A stretch of DNA of 64,000 nt from Bacteroidota bacterium (GTDB lineage: Bacteria > Bacteroidota > Bacteroidia > NS11-12g > UBA955): the NCBI GenBank assembly GCA_023957335.1, contig JAMLHC010000001.1:266017-330016 (forward strand), in the 5' to 3' direction. The notes beneath the pieces were generated by a model. That model had not been told where the DNA came from and did not search any database. It saw only the letters and a program-made list of their open reading frames with translations. Positions 58,425 to 64,000 of the stretch are shown here, one piece after another. The first letter of the stretch is position 1. Every line of letters begins with the position of its first letter. The position numbers and the translations under genes were made by a program.

Positions 58425-59398
58425 AATGGCTTTTGAAAACGTTTAGTTTGCCATTCAATCGTCTTACGAAGTCCGTCAGCCATTTTCCATTTGGGCAAAA
58501 AACCAAGTTTAGTTTTAATCTTGGAGATGTCGGGCACTCTACGCATCACATCCTCATATTTACCGAAGGTTTCATAAGGAATAAGTTTCATGTCCGGATT
58601 ATTTCTATCTCCTTTCATGAGTTCCCAAATCAAAAGTCCTAATTCTTTAATGGTAATTTCTTCATCAGGTTCGTTGGCAATATTAAAAATATCATTTAGA
58701 GATTCCGGGTGAAAAATACATTTTTCAATACCTTGCACCGTATCTTCAATATATGTAAAGGTTCGTGTCTGCAATCCGGTTCCATGAATTTCAATCGTTT
58801 TGCCTTCCAGAATATTTTGAATAAAAACCGCCTGTGGACCGCCCCACCAAGTAGTGTTTTGATGTGGTCCGTAAGAACCAAAAAACCTCATAATTGTATA
58901 ATCCAATCCAAGTTCATCATGATTGGCAATAATTTTATGCTCACTATACATTTTTGAAACCGAATATGCCCATCTCTTTACATTAGTTGGACCCATCACT
59001 AAATTAGATTCTTCATTAAAAGGCAGTTCGGTGTTTTTGCCGTACACATCGCTTGTGGAAGCAAATACCAACTTTACCTTGTCCTGCAGACACTTTTCAA
59101 TTAAATTGTCTGTCATTTTGTGATTATCGTTCAAGGTATAAAATGAACTACTGTATCTGGGGATTTTTTGAGAAGCAAGGTGTACCCAAACATCTGCTTT
59201 AATATCATTAAAAGAATCAATGTTTCTGGCATCTCTCTCAAAAAAAGTAAAATCTTTGTTTGCGATAATGGAAGCAATATTTTCTTTGTTTCCAAAAGAA
59301 TAATTATCAATTCCAAGCACTTGATGACCTTCTGACAATAGTTTTTTAGCAAGGTTTGAGCCTACAAAGCCGGCAACACCCGTAATTGCAATTTTCAT
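58421..59398 (-). CDS. NAD-dependent sugar-nucleotide epimerase/dehydratase (extended SDR; UDP-glucuronate decarboxylase / 4-epimerase-like)
   Basis: MKIAITGVAGFVGSNLAKKLL is a GxxGxxG Rossmann motif. The YxxxK catalytic region is YSVSKMYSE. 325 aa. Confidence 0.85.
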   Translation of the reverse strand: MKIAITGVAGFVGSNLAKKLLSEGHQVLGIDNYSFGNKENIASIIANKDFTFFERDARNIDSFNDIKADVWVHLASQKIPRYSSSFYTLNDNHKMTDNLIEKCLQDKVKLVFASTSDVYGKNTELPFNEESNLVMGPTNVKRWAYSVSKMYSEHKIIANHDELGLDYTIMRFFGSYGPHQNTTWWGGPQAVFIQNILEGKTIEIHGTGLQTRTFTYIEDTVQGIEKCIFHPESLNDIFNIANEPDEEITIKELGLLIWELMKGDRNNPDMKLIPYETFGKYEDVMRRVPDISKIKTKLGFLPKWKMADGLRKTIEWQTKRFQKPL

Positions 59399-59474
59399 CA
59401 GCGCAAACTTAAATAAAATTAGATGTATTGAATGGGTTTAATTTCAGGTGCCTTTTTCCATTTTCTTTGCACCC

Positions 59475-60359
59475 ATGTCAAACTTACGTTCCATGACCGG
59501 TTTTGGCTCCGTTGAGAGTGCCAACAAAAATATTTCTGTAAAGGTTGAAATCAGGTCGCTCAATGGCAAATTCTTTGAGTGTAATCTCCGCACTTCTAAG
59601 ATTTTCAGAGACAAAGAAACAGAAATCAGACAATGGGCTGCGGACAAAATCGGTAGGGGGAGTATACAAATCAATGTTAATGTTGATTATATAAATCAAG
59701 ATTTATTGTCAAGTCAGTTAAGTATTAACCACAAAATTGCCAAACATTACAAACAACAGATTGACGCACTGACAGCAGAGTTAAACATGGCTAATCCCAA
59801 CATGTTTGAATATTTGATGCAACTACCCGAAGTTATCAAAATAAATGACCCAAAAACAGGAGACGAAGATTGGAATTTGGCAAAAAATACTTTGGACAAG
59901 GCTTTTGAACAATTTGATAATTTCAGACTTCAAGAAGGAAAAGCATTGGCTCGCAACTTAAAAGAACACGCACTCACGATTCAGCAACATCTGCAATCCA
60001 TTATCCTACTGGACGATGAAAGAAAAGCGAGTGTAACATCTAAACTTCAAAAGGCGATTGAAGAACTCAATGAAAAGGTAAAATTAGATCCTACTCGCTT
60101 TGAATATGAGTTGCTTTACTATCTGGAAAAACTTGATATTGGCGAAGAAATAAGCCGACTTCACAACCATATTCATTATTTTATTGAAACCATAGACAAT
60201 GAAGCAACAGGTAAGAAACTCGGCTTTATTAGCCAAGAAATGGGCAGAGAAATCAATACCTTGGGTTCTAAAGCCAATTACTTTACCATGCAGAAATATG
60301 TAGTTGAAATGAAAGATGTTTTGGAGAAAATCAAAGAACAAGTGCTCAATGCACTTTAA
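59475..60359 (+). CDS. yicC: YicC-family stress-induced protein
   Basis: MSNLRSMTGFGSVESANKNISVKVEIRSLNGKF aligns with the YicC N-terminus (M.RSMTAYAR..). The C-terminal DUF1732 region follows. Start is ambiguous among ATGs at 59448, 59475 and 59493. Confidence 0.78.
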   Translation: MSNLRSMTGFGSVESANKNISVKVEIRSLNGKFFECNLRTSKIFRDKETEIRQWAADKIGRGSIQINVNVDYINQDLLSSQLSINHKIAKHYKQQIDALTAELNMANPNMFEYLMQLPEVIKINDPKTGDEDWNLAKNTLDKAFEQFDNFRLQEGKALARNLKEHALTIQQHLQSIILLDDERKASVTSKLQKAIEELNEKVKLDPTRFEYELLYYLEKLDIGEEISRLHNHIHYFIETIDNEATGKKLGFISQEMGREINTLGSKANYFTMQKYVVEMKDVLEKIKEQVLNAL

Positions 60360-60730
60360 ATAACATCATCAAACTCAGTGATATCTGCATCTCCCCACAA
60401 CTCTTCGATTGCATAAAACTTTCTTTTATCTTGCACAAATACGTGTACCACAACATTAATATAATCAATTAACACCCACTCGTTTCGTTCGGAACCTTCA
60501 ATATTCCACGGCTTCTCTTTTGTCTTCTTTCGTACAACTTCTTCTACACTATCAACAATAGATTCTACATGTCTATCTGAAGTTCCGTGGCAAATTACAA
60601 AGCAATCTGTAAAACCTGATTTAATATTCCTAAGGTCTAACACCTTCACACTTTTCGCTTTTTTTTCCTGCATTCCTGCAACAATACTCATGACTAATAA
60701 GTCAGTTTCATCAGATTTCGTTTTTTTCAT
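60356..60730 (-). CDS. rsfS: Ribosomal silencing factor RsfS (Iojap family)
   Basis: ..AKSVKVLDLRNIKSGFTDCFVICHGTSDRHVESI..WVLIDYINVVVHVF..: the pattern typical of Iojap/RsfS. 124 aa. Confidence 0.85.
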   Translation of the reverse strand: MKKTKSDETDLLVMSIVAGMQEKKAKSVKVLDLRNIKSGFTDCFVICHGTSDRHVESIVDSVEEVVRKKTKEKPWNIEGSERNEWVLIDYINVVVHVFVQDKRKFYAIEELWGDADITEFDDVI

Positions 60731-60764
60731 ATAAAGATGTTAATTTTGCACCCATAAATTTTTA

Positions 60765-61550
60765 TTGATTTTGGAAAGCGCAAATTTATACAAGGAAGAC
60801 CTAATTGCAGGCTACAGATGCAAATATTTTGATTCGGTCAGCTCAACAAATGATTATGTAAAAACAATTTTGGATGAGGTTGTCTCATACATTCCGGCAG
60901 CTATCATTGCAGATTATCAGACAGAAGGCAAAGGACAAATGGGTAATGGATGGGAATCAGAACACGGGAAAAATCTGTTAATTACTGTAGTAATGAAACC
61001 CAATTTCAGTTTGTCGGAAGCTTTGTTCAGAATTAACTATATCTTGACATATAGTTTGATTTGTACGCTTCGAAGTTCATTTGACATGCCTGCACTGCTG
61101 AAGTGGCCTAATGACATTTTTCTTGATGACAAAAAGATTGCAGGTGTACTTGCCGAAACAACCATTGCAGGCGACAAAGTAAACACTGTCATTGGTGGAA
61201 TAGGGCTCAATATCAATCAAGTTTTTAAAGACAGTGATATGGGTTATCCTGCAATCAGTATGCGAGACTATGCCGGAAAAGAATTTGACATTCATACAGT
61301 AACGGAGGAATTTCTAAAAACGTTAAGAGATGTTACAGAAAAAAACACATTTACTTCACTCAATTTCTTAGAAGAGAAGATTAGTCAGTTGTTATGGAAA
61401 AGAAATGTCCAACAAGAATTTCTTGAAAGAGACACTAACAAAAAAATACTTGCCGCACCTGATAAATTTTGCTCTGACCATCGTTTACTTGTGAAGCATA
61501 ATGGTATTTTCAAAAAACTTACACGTGAGCACTATCAATGGATTCCATAA
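60765..61550 (+). CDS. birA: Biotin--[acetyl-CoA-carboxylase] ligase (group I, no N-terminal HTH)
   Basis: ..YFDSVSSTNDYVK.. and ..QTEGKGQMGNGWESEHGKNLLITVV.. (GRGRxGxxW-type biotin-binding loop), ..WPNDIFLDDKKIAGVL.. Confidence 0.85.
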   Translation: MILESANLYKEDLIAGYRCKYFDSVSSTNDYVKTILDEVVSYIPAAIIADYQTEGKGQMGNGWESEHGKNLLITVVMKPNFSLSEALFRINYILTYSLICTLRSSFDMPALLKWPNDIFLDDKKIAGVLAETTIAGDKVNTVIGGIGLNINQVFKDSDMGYPAISMRDYAGKEFDIHTVTEEFLKTLRDVTEKNTFTSLNFLEEKISQLLWKRNVQQEFLERDTNKKILAAPDKFCSDHRLLVKHNGIFKKLTREHYQWIP

Positions 61551-62254
61551 TCTGTGTTGATATAGGTAATCAAAACTTGAAGCTTGCCGAATTCAACACA
61601 AAAGGCAAGTTGTTGAATCACCAAATATATCCAAACACAGAATCTCTCGAAGTTATTAGCAATGTAAGTAAAGATACTCAAGTTATTATATCGGATGTGA
61701 GTGGAAAAACTGACCCAATCTGTCATCAGAAAAACCTTCTCATCATTAATGCACAAACTGCCCTCCCTTTCAAAACCAATTACAAAACACCCGAAACACT
61801 GGGCACAGACCGTTTGTGTGGACTGGCAGGCGCATTATTCCTCAAACCCGATACAAATTGCTTGGTTTTTAACCTTGGCACCTGCCTAACTATTGATTTT
61901 GTAAGTAAAGACAGAGTTTATTCCGGTGGAAATATTTCGCCCGGACTGTCGTTAAGATATAAATCATTGCATCAATTCACTGCAAAACTACCTTTGATTA
62001 CACCTACTCACATCACTTCGACTATGGGAAAAGACACTCAGAGTGCCATTGCCAACGGTGTTCAAAACGGCATTCAGGCAGAAATTGAATTTTATATTAA
62101 TCAGTTTTGGAGTCAATCAGACCAAATCAATATTTTTCTGACCGGAGGTGATGCAGTTTTTTTTGAGAAGAAACTAAAAACAAAGATATTCGCAGCGCCT
62201 TATCTAAACCTATACGGATTATTCAACATAGCTCAAATTAATGGTATCATTTAA
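61538..62254 (+). CDS. coaX: Type III pantothenate kinase
   Basis: MDSIICVDIGNQNLKLAEF (ASKHA phosphate-1 motif), ..GTDRLCGLAGA.., ..IFLTGGDA.. 238 aa. Overlaps birA by 13 nt. Confidence 0.9.
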   Translation: MDSIICVDIGNQNLKLAEFNTKGKLLNHQIYPNTESLEVISNVSKDTQVIISDVSGKTDPICHQKNLLIINAQTALPFKTNYKTPETLGTDRLCGLAGALFLKPDTNCLVFNLGTCLTIDFVSKDRVYSGGNISPGLSLRYKSLHQFTAKLPLITPTHITSTMGKDTQSAIANGVQNGIQAEIEFYINQFWSQSDQINIFLTGGDAVFFEKKLKTKIFAAPYLNLYGLFNIAQINGII

Positions 62255-63641
62255 ACAAGCACTCGTTATTCTACTCGCAAGTATGGGAGGAATTCCCTCC
62301 GTTCTACAAGCTCAAAATAACACCAACTCTCCTTATTCATACTCAGGTTTGGGTGAGATAAATCATGGATATCTAACCAGAAACAGGGCATTAGGAGGAG
62401 TTGCAACTTCCATTTTTTCCAATAATCATTATAATTATGTAAATCCTGCAAGCATTGGTTTTATTGACAAAACCATCATAGATTTTGGACTCAGAGGCGA
62501 AAGAGGCACACTTCGGACTAAAAGTGATTTCAGAGATTTTAATAATGGCAACTTTAATTATTTCGGGATTGGATTCAGAGCAATTTACAAGAAAGACAAG
62601 CATAGACCCGACACCATTTTTAACGCGGACAAAACCATAAACAAAATCACTAATCCTTCCAATTTATTTAGCTGGGCAACAGGACTATCTATTACCCCAT
62701 ACAGCAGTTTGGGCGGAGATTTTCAACAAAAATTAGATACTAGTTTTGCTACTGCGATTTTTTCAAACACTGCTAACGGGGGTCTGACATCTGTTGGTTT
62801 TAATAATGGTTTCAAATTCGGCAAGTATATAAGTCTTGGATATTCTCTTTCCTTTATGTGGGGACAAAGTCTCAAAACAAGACTTGCCACTTTCCCTGAC
62901 ACACAAAATATTGTTACCTTACAAGACCTTGACTTCACACAATACAACGGTTTTAATCATACATTTGGGCTGGGATTTGTCATACCGCTCAACAAAAAAA
63001 TGACCCTCAGTTCCGGTATCAGCTATCAACTGCCTTATTTACTTAATTCCAAGCAATCTAGAACTGTAAGAAGTTTTGACTATAACATCCAAGGTATTCT
63101 TGTGCTACAAGATACAATCTTCAATACAGACGAGAAGAAGAGTACTGTAAACATCCCTTCTTATTTGTCTGCGGGATTTTCATTTACGCTCAAAGAAAAA
63201 TTCAGCTTTGGAGCAGAATATGCAGTACAGAATTGGTCTGATGTAATGAATAAAGGGTGGAATACTGATTTTGCCAATTATAACAAATTAAGTCTTGGTA
63301 TCACTATCAATCCTGAATCTACTCCAACCAAAAGCATGCATAATCCCGAAATATATTTAGGCTTTAATACTGCTAATCTTAACGCGGTTTACTATGATGA
63401 GCAAGGGAGAATTAAGCCAATCAAAGAAACTGGCATATCTTTTGGAATTGGATTACCCGTAGTAAGAGATGTTTTTACTGAAGATGGAAAAAGAGAAAAA
63501 TACAAATCTATGATTTACTTATCGGGCGAATATATCAAGAGAGGTGATATAACTGATGGCAGAGTCAGAGAAGATTTATATAGGATTTCCATAGGAATGT
63601 CACTTACCGATTTATGGTTTATTAAAAGAAAGTACAGATAA
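62241..63641 (+). CDS. Putative outer-membrane beta-barrel protein (FadL/transport-protein-like?)
   Basis: Signal peptide MVSFKQALVILLASMGGIPSVLQAQ. Mature protein rich in alternating aromatic/Gly/Asn beta-strand-like segments (..GFSFTLKEKFSFGAEYAVQNW..). N-terminal SPYSYSGLGE is reminiscent of FadL/OMPP1-type barrels. Family unconfirmed. Confidence 0.55.
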   Translation: MVSFKQALVILLASMGGIPSVLQAQNNTNSPYSYSGLGEINHGYLTRNRALGGVATSIFSNNHYNYVNPASIGFIDKTIIDFGLRGERGTLRTKSDFRDFNNGNFNYFGIGFRAIYKKDKHRPDTIFNADKTINKITNPSNLFSWATGLSITPYSSLGGDFQQKLDTSFATAIFSNTANGGLTSVGFNNGFKFGKYISLGYSLSFMWGQSLKTRLATFPDTQNIVTLQDLDFTQYNGFNHTFGLGFVIPLNKKMTLSSGISYQLPYLLNSKQSRTVRSFDYNIQGILVLQDTIFNTDEKKSTVNIPSYLSAGFSFTLKEKFSFGAEYAVQNWSDVMNKGWNTDFANYNKLSLGITINPESTPTKSMHNPEIYLGFNTANLNAVYYDEQGRIKPIKETGISFGIGLPVVRDVFTEDGKREKYKSMIYLSGEYIKRGDITDGRVREDLYRISIGMSLTDLWFIKRKYR

Positions 63642-63646
63642 TCAAA

Positions 63647-64000
63647 TGAAAAGAATTAGCTCAAACATAATGGCAATGAACAAATTATTTATTTTAACAT
63701 TTTTCCCATTGTGGGCTTGTGCCGGAGGCAAAACTGTTGCGGCAACCGAGACTCACACAACTGTAGTTACAACTCAAACTGACAATCAAACAAACACTCC
63801 CCCTCCTCCTAATACAAACAGACCTATTGAATGTTTGCACCCATTTGGAGAAAACCCGGAAGATTCTCTTGACATGCTCCGAACATTCTCATTATATCAA
63901 GAGGGATTCAAATACAAGAACTATGCGGGTGTTTATCCCATGTGGCAAAAAATTATGGCAAAAGCACCTTGTGCCCGATTAGGTCCTTATGTAGATGCAG
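63647..64000 (+). CDS. Partial lipoprotein (runs off window end): lipobox, Thr/Pro-rich linker, then a conserved-looking domain
   Basis: MKRISSNIMAMNKLFILTFFPLWACAGG (lipobox LWAC), a TETHTTVVTTQTDNQTNTPPPPNT linker, then ..ECLHPFGENPEDSLDMLRTF.. The ORF is open to the window end. Confidence 0.5.

Overview
This is a low-GC (roughly 37-38%) chromosomal segment that looks like Bacteroidota. The evidence is two proteins ending in type IX secretion (T9SS) C-terminal sorting domains, TAnnTTTG -7 promoter motifs upstream of several genes, a Bacteroidetes-type long PurF with a propeptide, and the overall gene content.

I count about 57 protein genes, mostly housekeeping. They include a POT peptide transporter, DUF808/YedI, gdhA, dnaE, ribBA, an iron-type ABC permease and ATPase, trmB, ybaB, dxs, a FabK/NMO-like enzyme, an M16 peptidase, purF, rpsO-pnp, pyrF, hisS, a PfkB kinase, yicC, rsfS, birA and coaX. 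Two convergent tRNAs, Gly-CCC and Asn-GUU, share a bidirectional terminator.

Accessory-looking content:
- A czcCBA-type RND heavy-metal efflux operon directly downstream of its own OmpR/HK two-component pair.
- A LytS/LytTR two-component pair preceded by a Lys-rich periplasmic protein with two LTXXQ (CpxP/Spy-like) motifs.
- Two T9SS-secreted surface proteins: an SBBP/PKD protein, and a 1074-aa DUF285/BspA-like repeat protein with an internal two-module duplication.
- A tightly overlapping hisS / histidine ammonia-lyase / NUDIX operon.
- A long-form GAPDH (483 aa) with an uncharacterised N-terminal domain of about 135 aa.
- At the 5' window edge, a minus-strand fragment with a phage MuF/SPP1-gp7-like core motif (..FRVDDP..PP..NCRC..) interrupted by a stop. 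This may be a prophage or polymorphic-toxin remnant continuing outside the window.

I saw no CRISPR array, IS element, integrase, rRNA or recognisable defence-system enzyme. I could not identify a clear-cut novel multi-gene system. The leads below are graded accordingly. All family assignments are from motif recognition by eye and need HMM or BLAST confirmation.
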